This document shows positions 32,078-42,573 of a stretch of 64,000 nucleotides of DNA, piece by piece. The position numbers were made by a program, and so were the translations under genes. Within the stretch, counting starts at the first letter, position 1. Every line of letters begins with the position of its first letter. Source of the DNA: an uncultured Gemmatimonadales bacterium (GTDB taxonomy: Bacteria > Gemmatimonadota > Gemmatimonadetes > Longimicrobiales > RSA9); NCBI GenBank assembly GCA_963741945.1, contig CAVUKA010000005.1, forward strand, positions 160,001 through 224,000. The letters run 5' to 3'. Under the pieces are notes generated by a model, which ran no database searches, was not told the origin of the DNA, and was given only the letters and a program-made list of their open reading frames with translations.

Positions 32078-32962
32078 TCAGGAGCCCGGGTTCATGGCAA
32101 CGGGCGCCTCTCCGGAGTAGTCGTAGAACCCGCGCCCGGATTTGCGGCCGAAATAGCCGAGCGCGACCATGCGTCGGAGCAGCGGTGGCGGTGCGAACCG
32201 GGTTTCCGCGTATTCGACGAACATGATCTCGGCGATCCGGAAGAGAGTATCGATGCCGACGAAGTCGGAGAGGGTGAATGGCCCCATGGGGTGGCCGGTC
32301 CCGAGCATCATGCCCCTGTCGATGTCCTCGATGCTGCCGAGCCCCTGTTCGAGCGCGCGGATCGCGTCCAGCATATAGGGCACGAGCAGCCGGTTCACGA
32401 TGAACCCGGAAGCGTCCTTCGCCTCGATGGCCGTCTTGCCCAGCGATCCCACGAACTCGCGAGCGGTCCGGTAGGCGTCCTCGCCCGTGGCGATCGTCCG
32501 GACCACCTCCACGAGCTTCATGACGGGGACCGGGTTGAAGAAGTGCAGCCCGAGGAACCGGTCCGGGCGAGCCGTTGCGGCCGCCATCTCCGTCACCGTC
32601 AGGGAGCTGGTGTTCGTGGCGAAGATGGTCTCCGGGCCGCACAGGTCATCCAGGCGCGCGAAGAGCTCCTTCTTCGCGTCCAGGTTCTCCACGATGGCCT
32701 CGATCACCAGGTCAGCATCGCGCAGATCCTCCAGCTCCGTGGTTCCACGGATCCGGTCCATCGCCGCGTCCCGCGCCGCGGCCTCCAGCTTCCCTTTCTC
32801 CACCGCGCGATCCACGCTCCTGCGGATGCGGCCCAGCGCCTTCTCGACCAGGTCGCCGCTGACTTCCCGCACCACGGTCTCGTAGCCCGACTTCGCGCAC
32901 ACTTCCGCGATGCCGCTGCCCATCAGGCCGCCGCCCACGACGGCCACTCTGCTGATCGCCAT
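32078..32962 (-). CDS. hbd: 3-hydroxybutyryl-CoA / 3-hydroxyacyl-CoA dehydrogenase
   Basis: GGGLMGSGIA, IEAIVE, TNTSS, GLHFFNP, GFIVNR, HPMGP. Confidence 0.93.
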   Translation of the reverse strand: MAISRVAVVGGGLMGSGIAEVCAKSGYETVVREVSGDLVEKALGRIRRSVDRAVEKGKLEAAARDAAMDRIRGTTELEDLRDADLVIEAIVENLDAKKELFARLDDLCGPETIFATNTSSLTVTEMAAATARPDRFLGLHFFNPVPVMKLVEVVRTIATGEDAYRTAREFVGSLGKTAIEAKDASGFIVNRLLVPYMLDAIRALEQGLGSIEDIDRGMMLGTGHPMGPFTLSDFVGIDTLFRIAEIMFVEYAETRFAPPPLLRRMVALGYFGRKSGRGFYDYSGEAPVAMNPGS

Positions 32963-33072
32963 CTCGCCTCCGGGATTCGATTCGGGTGGCGCGCTCGAAC
33001 GCGCGCACTGGGTGCCTGTCGAGAGTGGACAATATGCGCGGGCGGGCGGGCGCCCGCGAGCGCGGAGCCGCG

Positions 33073-33966
33073 TCAGCCCTTCAGCGTGCCCGTGATCCGG
33101 GAGCGGAGGCTCCGCAGCCAGGGGGCGGGGGGCGGGTCGAGCCTGCGTCCGCCCTCCAGCCGGTCCAGCAGTCCCGCGATCTCCAGCCTCGCCGCATCGA
33201 GGCGGCTGCGGAAGCGGTGTCGGGCGACGACGATCCCGCTCGTTACACTGGCCGCGAACGCGCTCGCTCCAGCGGCCACCCCGGCGGCGTACGCGGCGGT
33301 GTCGCCGGCGCTGGCGAGGAACAGGTGCCCCACGGGGAAGAACACCCCGGCCGCCAGCGGGAGCCCGATGAGGGCGCCGCCCGCGATGCCGCGGGTGACG
33401 GCATGCCTGCGGTGATGGCCCACGTCCAGCTCGAGCCGGACGTGGCTCTCGTTGGACGGCATGGGCCGCACTTCCACGAGCACGCGCCGGCTCCGGGCGA
33501 TCTGCCACTGCCCCTGCCGCCGCCGGACGGCGCGGGCCACGTTGGAGATGGCGTCATCGGCCTGCGTGAACGCCGCCTTGCCCCCCTGGCGGCGAAGGAC
33601 CTGGAGGAACTCCCGGGTGACCAGGTATTCCTCCAGCCGGTCCATGACCTCGGCCGGGACACCCCGGACCACCCGGGTGCCCTGCACATGCTCGGGGCCG
33701 TACCACCGGTCCACCAGTCCCGTTTCGCCGCGGTCGGGCGGGAGCTCGTACAGCGCCTGGCGAACATACCGGCCGGGGAGCCCCAGCTCATCGGCCACGC
33801 GCAGGACCTCGGCCTCGCTCAGGCGGTCGTCGCCTTCCGCGTCGCTGGTGTACAGCTCCGCGGCCCGACGGATGACCAGCGGGAGCTGCCGCCGCGTGAT
33901 CTCCTCGCCCGGCTCGCGGGGCGAGGAGTCCTCAGGCGTGTCCCGGGATGGATGGTCGCGCGCCAT
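33073..33966 (-). CDS. Hypothetical membrane protein
   Basis: VIRRAAEL..LSEAEV..A.ELG N-domain, two C-terminal TM segments. Confidence 0.75.
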   Translation of the reverse strand: MARDHPSRDTPEDSSPREPGEEITRRQLPLVIRRAAELYTSDAEGDDRLSEAEVLRVADELGLPGRYVRQALYELPPDRGETGLVDRWYGPEHVQGTRVVRGVPAEVMDRLEEYLVTREFLQVLRRQGGKAAFTQADDAISNVARAVRRRQGQWQIARSRRVLVEVRPMPSNESHVRLELDVGHHRRHAVTRGIAGGALIGLPLAAGVFFPVGHLFLASAGDTAAYAAGVAAGASAFAASVTSGIVVARHRFRSRLDAARLEIAGLLDRLEGGRRLDPPPAPWLRSLRSRITGTLKG

Positions 33967-33977
33967 GCAACCCGGCG

Positions 33978-34880
33978 TCAGCGCTCCAGGCGCTCATCGA
34001 GGGTGAGCAGGCCCGCGGGCTCGTGCTCGACCGTGGAGCCGGGCAGCTGTGCGGGCCCCTCGTCGTCCGGCTCCACACCACTGTCCTCCTCCTCGTCGGG
34101 CTCCTCTTCATCATCCGCCGCGGCGAGGGTCTTCGCGGCTTTCTCCAGCATCGGCCGGAACAGCTCGATGGGCAGTGGGAAGAGTGTGGTGGAGTTGTTC
34201 TCGGCCGCGATTTCGGTCACCGTCTGGAGGAAGCGGAGGGAGATCGATGCCGGGTGCTGGGACATGATCCTGGCGGCCTGCGACAGCTTCCTGGACGCCT
34301 GGAGCTCGCCCTCCGCGTTGATCACCTTGGCGCGTCGATCGCGCTCGGCCTCGGCCTGGCGAGCCATGGCGCGCTTCATTTCCTGGGGCAGATCAATGTC
34401 CTTGACCTCGACGGCGGACACGTCGATCCCCCAGGTATCCGTGCCCTCGTCGATGTGGTCGCGCAGGATCTTGTTGATCCGCTCCCGCTCCGCCAGGAGC
34501 TCGTCCAGCTCCACCTGCCCCACCACGCTGCGCAGCGTGGTCTGCGCCAGCTGGCTGGTGGCGAACAGGTAGTCTTCGATCTCGACGATCGCCTTCACCG
34601 GATCGCTCACCCGGAAGTAGACCACGGCGTTCACCTTCACCGACACGTTGTCTCGCGTGATGACGTCCTGCGGCGGGATGTCCATGGCCACGATTCGCAG
34701 CGGCACTTTCACCATCCGCTCGAGACCGAACGGCCAGAGAACGATCAGTCCGGGGCCCCGCGGCAGCCGGAGCCGACCGAGCCGGAAGACCACCGCCCGC
34801 TCATACTCCCGCAGGACGCGCAGCATCATGCCGGCGAAAACGACCAACGCCCCGGCCGCAGCAATCAGGATCTGGATCAT
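33978..34880 (-). CDS. SPFH/stomatin-like (slipin) protein
   Basis: [39 protein letters not shown]. Confidence 0.93.
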   Translation of the reverse strand: MIQILIAAAGALVVFAGMMLRVLREYERAVVFRLGRLRLPRGPGLIVLWPFGLERMVKVPLRIVAMDIPPQDVITRDNVSVKVNAVVYFRVSDPVKAIVEIEDYLFATSQLAQTTLRSVVGQVELDELLAERERINKILRDHIDEGTDTWGIDVSAVEVKDIDLPQEMKRAMARQAEAERDRRAKVINAEGELQASRKLSQAARIMSQHPASISLRFLQTVTEIAAENNSTTLFPLPIELFRPMLEKAAKTLAAADDEEEPDEEEDSGVEPDDEGPAQLPGSTVEHEPAGLLTLDERLER

Positions 34881-34896
34881 GGACCTGCTCCTTTAC

Positions 34897-36105
34897 TCAG
34901 TGCAGTGCCTCCACCACCACCGCCATGCCCTGCCCGCCGCCGATGCAGGCGGACCCCAGGGCGAACCGCCCTCCCGTCCGGCGCAGCTCGTGGATGAGGT
35001 GAACGGTGATGCGTGCGCCCGAGGCGGCCAGCGGGTGCGTGAGGGCGATGGCACCGCCGTTCACGTTCGTCTTCTCCATGTCGAGCCCCAGCTCCTTCAC
35101 CACGGCCGCCACCTGCGGTGCGAACGCCTCGTTCACTTCTACGAGATCCATCTCGGCCAGCGTCAAGCCGGCCGCTTGCAGCGCTTTCCGGGCGGCCGGG
35201 ACCGGGCCGATGCCCATGATCTCCGGATCGACGCCCGCCACTCCCCACGAAACCAGCCGCGCCAGCGGCTTCAGTCCCTTCCCTTCCGCCCACGCACGGC
35301 TGGCCACGACCACGGCCGCCGCCCCGTCCCCGATGCCGCTGGCGTTCCCCGCCGTGACCAGGCCGTCCTTCTTGAAGTACGGCCGGAGCTTCCCCAGCGC
35401 CTCCATGGTGGTCTCCGGCCGCATGTGCTCGTCGATGCGGAACTCCACCGGACCCTTTCGCGTCTCCACGCTCACGGGCACCACTTCCGCGTCGAACCGC
35501 CCCTCGTCCCAGCCCCGCTTCGCGCGCTGCTGGGATTCGAACGCGATCCGATCCGCTTCCTCCCGTGTCACGTCGTACCGGCCGGCGAGCTCTTCGGCCG
35601 TCTGGGCCATGGACAGGCCGCAGTGCGTGTCCGTCAGCGATTCCCACAGCATGTCCTCGAAGAAGCCGCCCGCCTCACCCAGCCGGAGCGAGCCGAAGCG
35701 CGCCCCGCGCACCACGTGCGGCGCCTGGCTCATGGACTCCGTCCCTCCGGCCAGGCAGACATCCGCCTGACCCAGCATGATCTCCTGCGCCGCGCTCACG
35801 GCCGCCTGGAACCCGCTGCCGCACAAACGATTGACGGTCAGGGCGGGCACCTCCGTCGGTACACCCGATTCCAGCCCCACGTGCCTCGCCAGGTAGATGG
35901 CGTCCGCCGACGTCTGGAGGGCGTTGCCGAAAATGACATGGTCGATCTCACCCGGGGCCACTCCCGCTTCATCCAGCGCCGACTTCGCGGCCAGCGCGCC
36001 CAGCTGGGTCGCGGTGAAGCCCTTGAGCGCACCGCCGAAGGTGCCGAACGGAGTGCGGCGGCCGGAAAGGAAGACGATGTCGGTGTCGTGGCCCTGGGTT
36101 CCCAT
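34897..36105 (-). CDS. Acetyl-CoA C-acyltransferase (thiolase)
   Basis: RTPFG, NRLCGSG, NEAF, NGGAIALTHP, CIGGGQG. Confidence 0.94.
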   Translation of the reverse strand: MGTQGHDTDIVFLSGRRTPFGTFGGALKGFTATQLGALAAKSALDEAGVAPGEIDHVIFGNALQTSADAIYLARHVGLESGVPTEVPALTVNRLCGSGFQAAVSAAQEIMLGQADVCLAGGTESMSQAPHVVRGARFGSLRLGEAGGFFEDMLWESLTDTHCGLSMAQTAEELAGRYDVTREEADRIAFESQQRAKRGWDEGRFDAEVVPVSVETRKGPVEFRIDEHMRPETTMEALGKLRPYFKKDGLVTAGNASGIGDGAAAVVVASRAWAEGKGLKPLARLVSWGVAGVDPEIMGIGPVPAARKALQAAGLTLAEMDLVEVNEAFAPQVAAVVKELGLDMEKTNVNGGAIALTHPLAASGARITVHLIHELRRTGGRFALGSACIGGGQGMAVVVEALH

Positions 36106-36212
36106 GAGACTCCCGGTGGTGAGGTTGGATGCGCCGGCGCCAGCGCGGATTTGCCGTGAAGGAAACCTACTGCAGTGGCCCCGCGGTGGCCACGCGCGGG
36201 CTACGGCATGTC

Positions 36213-37262
36213 TTACCGGAGGACCTCGCGGCAGAGCCACTCCCCGACTTCCGCGGTGCTCAGCTTCCCTCCCAGGTCCCGCGTTGTGGCGCCACTGCGG
36301 ATCGCGGCGTCGACAGCCGCCTCGATCCGGCGGGCGGCGGCGCCGGCGCCGAGGTGATCGAGCATCAGGGCGGCGGTGAGCACCGCCGCAATGGGGTTGG
36401 CGATCCCCTGCCCGGCAATGTCGGGCGCGGACCCGTGAACGGGCTCGAACAGTCCGATCCGGCCGGGGTGCAGGTTCGCGGAGGGCGCCAGGCCGAGGCC
36501 GCCCACGAGGCCGGCGGCGAGATCGCTGATGATGTCGCCGAAGAGGTTCGAGGTGACGATCACCTGGTAGCGCGCCGGATGGAGGACCAGGTCCATGGCC
36601 AGGGCGTCAATGTACATGGCGCTCCGTTCCACGTCCGGGAACTCCGCGCCGACTTCGGCGAACACACGTCGCCAGAGCTGACCACTGTGGCGCATGGCGT
36701 TGGACTTGTCGGCGAGCGTCAGGGAGCGCCCGCGGTCGGAAGCGTGCTGGAAGGCGGCGCGGATGATCCGTTCGACTCCCTTCCGCGTGCTCACGTCCTC
36801 CTCGAGGGCGACTTCGTCGGGCGTGCCACGCTTGAATACGCCGCCCATGCCCACGTAGCTGCCCTCGGTGTTCTCGCGGAAGACAACGAAGTCCAGATCG
36901 GCCGCGGCGGCGTCGCGCAGCGGCCCGCGCTGTCCCTCGATGAGGCGAACGGGCCGCAGGTTCACATAGAGGTCCAGCCGGAACCGCATCCCCAGCAGGA
37001 TGTCGCGGGCGTGCTCGTTGCCGGGCACGCGTGGATCGCCGAGCGCGCCCAGGAGGATGGCGTCGTATGCCGAGCCGAGCTCCGCCATCTCCGCGTCGGT
37101 GATCGTGGCACCGGTCTGCAGGTACCGCTCGGCGCCCAGGTCCCACTCCACCAGCTCGAGACCGAGGGACATGTCCTCGTCCAGACAGCGGAGCACCCGG
37201 ACGGCTTCAGCCGTGACTTCCTGCCCGATCCCATCGCCGGGGACGACCGCGATTCTCGCCAT
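36213..37262 (-). CDS. leuB: 3-isopropylmalate dehydrogenase family
   Basis: GDGIGQEV, NLRP, RENTEG, NLFGDIISD, FEPVHGSAPDIAG. Confidence 0.85.
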   Translation of the reverse strand: MARIAVVPGDGIGQEVTAEAVRVLRCLDEDMSLGLELVEWDLGAERYLQTGATITDAEMAELGSAYDAILLGALGDPRVPGNEHARDILLGMRFRLDLYVNLRPVRLIEGQRGPLRDAAAADLDFVVFRENTEGSYVGMGGVFKRGTPDEVALEEDVSTRKGVERIIRAAFQHASDRGRSLTLADKSNAMRHSGQLWRRVFAEVGAEFPDVERSAMYIDALAMDLVLHPARYQVIVTSNLFGDIISDLAAGLVGGLGLAPSANLHPGRIGLFEPVHGSAPDIAGQGIANPIAAVLTAALMLDHLGAGAAARRIEAAVDAAIRSGATTRDLGGKLSTAEVGEWLCREVLR

Positions 37263-37265
37263 TGC

Positions 37266-37706
37266 TCATTCCTCACCGGGAACGCGGACGATGAGGACAC
37301 CACGGGTGCCGTGGGCCACACACTGGAAGGGATACGATCCCGCAGGGGCGTCCCGCAGGACCACCACCCACGCCGACCCTTCCTCCACCAGCGGCGGTCC
37401 CCGCATCTGCATGCTCTCTTCCAGGAAGCGCATCGCCGCGGGCGACAGCTCGTCGCGTATGAACGCCACGGCGTGCGTCCGCCGGTCTCCGGCGATGAAG
37501 CGCACCGCGTCTCCCGGGGTCGCGCGCACCGTGTCGGGCACCAGCGTGTCATTGGCCTGCGCGCCGCCGATCCGCACGTCGTGCAGCGTCGTGCCGCTCC
37601 CGAGGTCGACGCTCGTCGAATCGTTCAGCTGCACCGATGCGCCCGGCTGCGTGCGGTCGCAGGCACCGCCGGAGAGGACGGCCAGCGCCGCCAGGGCGGA
37701 AATCAA
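37266..37706 (-). CDS. Cupredoxin-like lipoprotein
   Basis: Lipobox GGAC; P..V..PGD.V.F, H.V.F, G.YPFQCVAH; start uncertain. Confidence 0.7.
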   Translation of the reverse strand: MISALAALAVLSGGACDRTQPGASVQLNDSTSVDLGSGTTLHDVRIGGAQANDTLVPDTVRATPGDAVRFIAGDRRTHAVAFIRDELSPAAMRFLEESMQMRGPPLVEEGSAWVVVLRDAPAGSYPFQCVAHGTRGVLIVRVPGEE

Positions 37707-37739
37707 AACGCCGGAGCGCCCCGGGGGCGCTCCGGCGTC
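37703..37739 (-). terminator. Intrinsic terminator after cytochrome c gene
   Basis: ACGCCGGAGCGCC / GGCGCTCCGGCGT stem followed by T-run. Confidence 0.7.
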
Positions 37740-37757
37740 AGTTCCGTGCTCAACCGC

Positions 37758-38246
37758 TCAGCCCTGGCCGAGCGACACGACGTATGCCGCAACGGCGTCC
37801 ACCTGTTCATCGGTGAGATTCGCTCCGCCCATCGGCGGCATCGGACCGGGGTGGCTCACGGGCTGCGGCACGCCCGTCTTGATGATGTTCACGATCTCGT
37901 CGTAATTCCGCCCGGAGGTGTGGAGCCACTCGTTGTCGGTGAGGTCCGGCGCCAGCGCGGTGCCCTTGGCGTTCGGACCGTGGCACGCCACGCAGCCACC
38001 CTGACTGGTGAAGATTCGACGCCCCTGCGTCACCTGCTCCTGCGTGATGCCTTCCGGCAGGTTCGCAGCGGTCGGCGTGCCCTCCTCCGCGCCTGCCGCA
38101 GCCATGCCCGTGTCGGCAGCCGGCGTGGTGCTCTCCGGCGCTGCCGACGCCGCCTCACCACCGCCCTGATCGCCGCCGCCGCAGGCGGCCAGTCCGAAAG
38201 CCGCTACCGCGGCCAGTGCAAGCATGCTCGAACGCGTGGCGCGCAT
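37758..38246 (-). CDS. Lipoprotein monoheme cytochrome c
   Basis: Lipobox LAAC, CVACH heme motif, APDLTD, MPPMGG axial Met. Confidence 0.9.
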   Translation of the reverse strand: MRATRSSMLALAAVAAFGLAACGGGDQGGGEAASAAPESTTPAADTGMAAAGAEEGTPTAANLPEGITQEQVTQGRRIFTSQGGCVACHGPNAKGTALAPDLTDNEWLHTSGRNYDEIVNIIKTGVPQPVSHPGPMPPMGGANLTDEQVDAVAAYVVSLGQG

Positions 38247-38366
38247 ATGCGATTCACTTCTCCTGTTGTTCCGTATCCGGGGCACGGATCCCGTGCCGCA
38301 GTGCTGTCGATGGAAGCCGCGATAATAGAGGAAGCGGACCGACACCGTCAAGCTGGCGCAACCGCT

Positions 38367-39350
38367 TCAACCGCCCTCATCCCGGAGCGCGGCCTGTACG
38401 TCCGCGGGGGCCCGGGCCAGGGTGCTGTCCGCCCGCGGATCGCCGGCGGCGCGCTGGGCCCGGACCAGCGCCAGCCAGTTCGTCGCATCGTCCGGGGCCG
38501 CATCCACGGCCCGCTGGTACTGCTTCACCGCCATGGCTGAACGCCCCAGATCGACGAAGAGGTGCCCCAGCTCTCGCCGGACGTCCGCGTCTTCGGGCGC
38601 CGCGGCAACGGCCTTCTTCAGCGTGTTCGCGGCCGCTTCCGGATGACCCCGCCGCCGCTGGATGCGCGCCAGGTACAGAAGGGCGTCCACGTTGTCCGGA
38701 GCCGCGTTCACGGTCCTCTCGAACAGCACTTCGGCGCTGTCCAGGCGCCCCGCCCGGAACGCCGTGATCGCGGCATCCATGTCGCTCACCGGGCGGCGGA
38801 GGAGCACCCACCCGAAGCCCACCAGGACGACTATGGCAAGTGCGGCACCGAGCCATGCCATCCACCGGCCGATGCCCGGCGAGGCCGGAGGCCGGGCCGC
38901 CTCACCGGCCGCCTCGCCGGCCGTCGCTTCCGCAGGCGCGACGCGCGCCGGTGTCTCCGCGGTGGCCTCCAGCAAGAGCTCCTGCCGGACGCGGTGGACC
39001 GCCGCGAGGCCGACATCGGCGTCTGCGGGACGTGCTTCGCCAGCGCGGGCGCGCGCCACCACGCCGTCCATCTCGTGAAGCGTACCGGCGAGCCGAAGCG
39101 AGATGCGGTCGCGGGCGCGGAGGCTGCGGATCACGTCCCGGATCGGGAGCTGTTCGTCCGAAAGCGCACGAAGACGCTCGGCTTCCGGCGCATCCGGATC
39201 CAGACGCAGACGCAGCCGCAAGGCCTCCTGGATGGCCGCATGGACGCGTTCGAGCGCGGTCCCGAGCTCCTCCAGCGTGTGATAGCCCTGAAGGCGGCGG
39301 ATGAAGTCCGCCGACTCATCGAGGGGCCGCAGCGGGCCCGATGGGTCCAT
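38367..39350 (-). CDS. Membrane-anchored TPR protein
   Basis: Central TM, C-terminal TPR repeats. Confidence 0.8.
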   Translation of the reverse strand: MDPSGPLRPLDESADFIRRLQGYHTLEELGTALERVHAAIQEALRLRLRLDPDAPEAERLRALSDEQLPIRDVIRSLRARDRISLRLAGTLHEMDGVVARARAGEARPADADVGLAAVHRVRQELLLEATAETPARVAPAEATAGEAAGEAARPPASPGIGRWMAWLGAALAIVVLVGFGWVLLRRPVSDMDAAITAFRAGRLDSAEVLFERTVNAAPDNVDALLYLARIQRRRGHPEAAANTLKKAVAAAPEDADVRRELGHLFVDLGRSAMAVKQYQRAVDAAPDDATNWLALVRAQRAAGDPRADSTLARAPADVQAALRDEGG

Positions 39351-39358
39351 AAACGCGA

Positions 39359-40444
39359 TCAGCGTTCGATCTTCAGCAGTCCCGCGCGTGCATGGGCGAG
39401 GATGAACCCCTCGGCATCATCGGCCGGGACGCCCACACCGATCCGCACGCGGGTGTCCTCGGCCCAGCGACGCATGAACTGTGCAACACTCTCCCCGGCG
39501 CGTCCCGCCTGATCCCGGATCTGGCGCACGATCTCCAGCCAGGAGCCGTCGAACGCCGTCCCGTCCGGCAGGCGCACGCGGTGCCGGGCAGTGGTGTCGG
39601 AGCGAGCCGCGCCACCGCTCGCCCAGCTCTGCGGCTCCGGGAGCGGCTCCAACTCCATGGCCTCGACCTCCGCCAGCAGCTCATCCACCGGGTCGGCCGC
39701 CTCCTCCAGCTCGTCCAGGCGGGATTCCCAGATCATGAGCTCGGGATCATCGTCCCTGAGCCCGCCCACGCTCTTGTGCAGCTCGATCAGGCGCCAGACG
39801 GCCAGGGGATCCCAGTGCTCGGCGGGGGCGAGCGCCGCGAAGCCTTCCAGCGCGCCCTGCCAGTCACCCCTGTCGTACAGCAGGTGTGCCAGGTAGATCC
39901 GGGCCTCCACGTGGTCCGGGTTGAGCGCGAGCGCGGCCCTCAGCTCCCGGATTGCCGACTTGTCCTTCCCCATGCGATGGAGAACGAACCCCAGGCCGGC
40001 CGTGGCGTCTGCGCTGTCCGGCTGCACGTCGAGCGCGGCCTCGAATGCGTCCCGGGCCATCTCGTTCTGCTCGTCCCGATACAGCGCGCGGGCCATGGAC
40101 ATGAGCAGCTCCGGGTCTTCGCCACCGGGGCCGGAGCGGACGCGAGCGAAGAGCTCGGCGGCCTGCTGGCGGCGCCCGAAGCGCAGGAGCGTCTCGCCGA
40201 AGCCAACCATCCCGTCATCGTGCTCGGGGTCGAGCACCATGGCCTTCTCGAAGGCATGGAGGGCCCAGGCGAATTCTTCCCTGGCGAGGCGGGTGTAGCC
40301 GATGCCGACGTGGAGGTCGACGGAGTGGGGGTAAAGCCGGAGCCCTTCCTTCAGTACCTCGAGTGCTGCGTCGTAGTCACCGCGGTCGTAGAGCACGTGC
40401 GCACGTTCATCATACTCCTCGGAGTTGAGGAACGAGTCAGGCAT
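39359..40444 (-). CDS. TPR protein with small C-terminal domain
   Basis: Multiple TPR repeats; C-domain HRVRLPDG..F.GSW.EIV. Confidence 0.85.
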   Translation of the reverse strand: MPDSFLNSEEYDERAHVLYDRGDYDAALEVLKEGLRLYPHSVDLHVGIGYTRLAREEFAWALHAFEKAMVLDPEHDDGMVGFGETLLRFGRRQQAAELFARVRSGPGGEDPELLMSMARALYRDEQNEMARDAFEAALDVQPDSADATAGLGFVLHRMGKDKSAIRELRAALALNPDHVEARIYLAHLLYDRGDWQGALEGFAALAPAEHWDPLAVWRLIELHKSVGGLRDDDPELMIWESRLDELEEAADPVDELLAEVEAMELEPLPEPQSWASGGAARSDTTARHRVRLPDGTAFDGSWLEIVRQIRDQAGRAGESVAQFMRRWAEDTRVRIGVGVPADDAEGFILAHARAGLLKIER

Positions 40445-40599
40445 AAACGGCGCCTCCGGTTCCGGGTTGTCTGACTGGGCGTTTAAGGAAGGACCGCCAC
40501 GGCGGTCATTTCAATGTAAACGATCGGCAGATCGGGTGCTACCCTTGAGCGAGCCCCCGCGCGCCCGCCTCGACGGCAGTGATCACCCCCTCGGCGCGG

Positions 40600-42519
40600 C
40601 TACTCGTTTCCATAGTCCGTGACCGGGTAATCCACCACGGGGCGGGCCAGATCCTGCCAGTTCACGGGCAGCCCCTGCGCCTGGCGTTCGCGTGGCGTGG
40701 CATAGCGCTCGAACGGGCGGCCGTGGCGCCGGTTGAGGTAGAAGTCGATGGCGTTCATCAGGGGCCCGGACGCGGTGGTCCCGTGCTGCCCGTTGTATAT
40801 GAGCATGGCAGCGACGATCTCCGGCTCCTTCCCCGGGACCGCGCCGGCGGCGACGAACCAGGCATGGTCAGCCCCGTGGGGGTTCTGCGCGGTTCCAGTC
40901 TTCCCGAAGGTGTCCCAGTGGTCCACGCGGCTGAGGTAGGCCGTGCCGCCGGGTGAGAGGACGCGTCGCATTCCCTTCCTGATGTTGCTGATCTCCTCGC
41001 GGCTGATGCCGAACTGATGCAGGAACTGCGTTGGCTCATCCGTCTGGACGAGCCGCGGGACCGGCATGCGGCCGTCGGGGCGGGCGAGGCCGCTGACCAT
41101 CTGGACGATCTTGAGCGGCGTCAGGGTCACGGCGCCCTGGCCGATGGAGAGCGACATCACTTCGGGCGGCTGCGGCTTGTAGCCGAAGCGGTCCTCGAAC
41201 CACTGGGCGTCCTTCGGGAAGATGGGCGCGATCTCGGACGGCAGATCGATCCCGGTCTTCTGCGCGAAGCCGAGCGCGCTCCCGCGCTTCATGAATTCCG
41301 TCAGCCCCAGCGCGATTCCCACCTGATAGAAGTAGACGTCGCAGGAGTTCTTGATGCCGCCGATCAGGTCGAAGCGCTGGCCGTGATTGGTCCAGCAGCG
41401 GGCGTAGCGCCCCTGGTACGTCATTCCGCCCGTGCAGGGGATGGGATCGACCCAGTCGGGGGTGATGGCTCCCGCCTCCAGCGCCATGGCCGCCACTTCC
41501 ATCTTGAACGTGGAGCCCGGCGGCTGCGCGGCGCCGCCGGCGCGGTCGAGCAACGGCTTGGTCGGGTCCTCGCGGAGCGCGTTCCAGATCCGGCTCGGGA
41601 TTCCGCCCGTGAACAGGTTGGGGTCGTAGGAAGGATTGCTGTAGTAGGCCAGCACTCCGCCCGTCCGCGGGTCCATGGCCACGAATGCGCCCTGCGCTTT
41701 CTCCATCCCGAGCTCGCGGGCCGTCTCCTGCAGCAGGAACGCACCGTACCGCTGGAGATCCAGGTCCAGGTACAGGTGCAGGTCCTGCCCGGGGATCGGC
41801 GGCACGCCCGCGCTTTCCGGGAGCATTCGCTTGATCCGGCCGCGGGCATCCACCTCCATGTACCGCAGTCCCGGATCCCCGCCCAGCGCGCGCTCATATT
41901 CCCGCTCCAGGCCCGCCTTCCCGATCCAGCGCCCCTGCCGATAGTCGGCGAACTCCGGCCGCTTCAGCTCCCCCTCGCTGATCTCCGCCACGTAGCCGAT
42001 CAGGTGCGCCACCGCGGGGCCGGCCGGATAGTAGCGCTTCGGGTACTCGTGGAGGAACACGTCCGGGTAGTCCGTCCGGCGCTCCTCCAGCCGGGCCACC
42101 TGGTCGGGGTTGGCATCGGAGAGCACCACGAACGGGCGGTTCGGGGAAGCGCTGAATCGCTTGAACGCGGCCTCGACGTCGTCATCCGTGAGATCCAGCA
42201 GCGGTCGCAGCCGCTCGACCTGCGCCCGAAGCGAATCCATGGGCGCGGGCATGATCTGGACCTGGTACGCCACCCGGTTCTCGGCCACCACGCGACCGTG
42301 GCGGTCGTAGATCGTCCCGCGCGGCGCCCGAATGGTGATGGGGCGGAGCATGTTCGAGCGCGCCTGCGTCTTGAACTCCTCGGCGCGGAGCAGCTGCAGG
42401 CGGACGAGCGAATAGATGAGCCCGAGGATGATGATGCTGATGCCCACCCGGGCCCAGACGGCGCGCCGCTCGCGGGCCCAGCGCGGCGTCTGGTGATGTC
42501 CGAGACTCCTGTACGGCAT
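40600..42519 (-). CDS. mrdA: Penicillin-binding protein 2 (class B)
   Basis: APRGTIYDR, GKAGLE..YE, PPGSTFK, SCDVYFY, KTGTAQ, DHAWF. Confidence 0.92.
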   Translation of the reverse strand: MPYRSLGHHQTPRWARERRAVWARVGISIIILGLIYSLVRLQLLRAEEFKTQARSNMLRPITIRAPRGTIYDRHGRVVAENRVAYQVQIMPAPMDSLRAQVERLRPLLDLTDDDVEAAFKRFSASPNRPFVVLSDANPDQVARLEERRTDYPDVFLHEYPKRYYPAGPAVAHLIGYVAEISEGELKRPEFADYRQGRWIGKAGLEREYERALGGDPGLRYMEVDARGRIKRMLPESAGVPPIPGQDLHLYLDLDLQRYGAFLLQETARELGMEKAQGAFVAMDPRTGGVLAYYSNPSYDPNLFTGGIPSRIWNALREDPTKPLLDRAGGAAQPPGSTFKMEVAAMALEAGAITPDWVDPIPCTGGMTYQGRYARCWTNHGQRFDLIGGIKNSCDVYFYQVGIALGLTEFMKRGSALGFAQKTGIDLPSEIAPIFPKDAQWFEDRFGYKPQPPEVMSLSIGQGAVTLTPLKIVQMVSGLARPDGRMPVPRLVQTDEPTQFLHQFGISREEISNIRKGMRRVLSPGGTAYLSRVDHWDTFGKTGTAQNPHGADHAWFVAAGAVPGKEPEIVAAMLIYNGQHGTTASGPLMNAIDFYLNRRHGRPFERYATPRERQAQGLPVNWQDLARPVVDYPVTDYGNE

Positions 42520-42573
42520 TTCCGCTCCTGTCTTCCACTCCCCGCCTGACGCCCTGATACGCGGGAACCCGAG

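Noticed and set aside
37758-37760. TGA readthrough or selenocysteine fusion of cytochrome c and cupredoxin
   Set aside because: The downstream ORF has its own lipoprotein signal, and the hairpin has a T-tail typical of a terminator rather than a SECIS
36129-38540. 803-aa plus-strand ORF and similar long overlapping ORFs (7717..9468, 50705..52741, 53204..55399)
   Set aside because: Antisense shadows of well-supported minus-strand genes with no recognisable motifs
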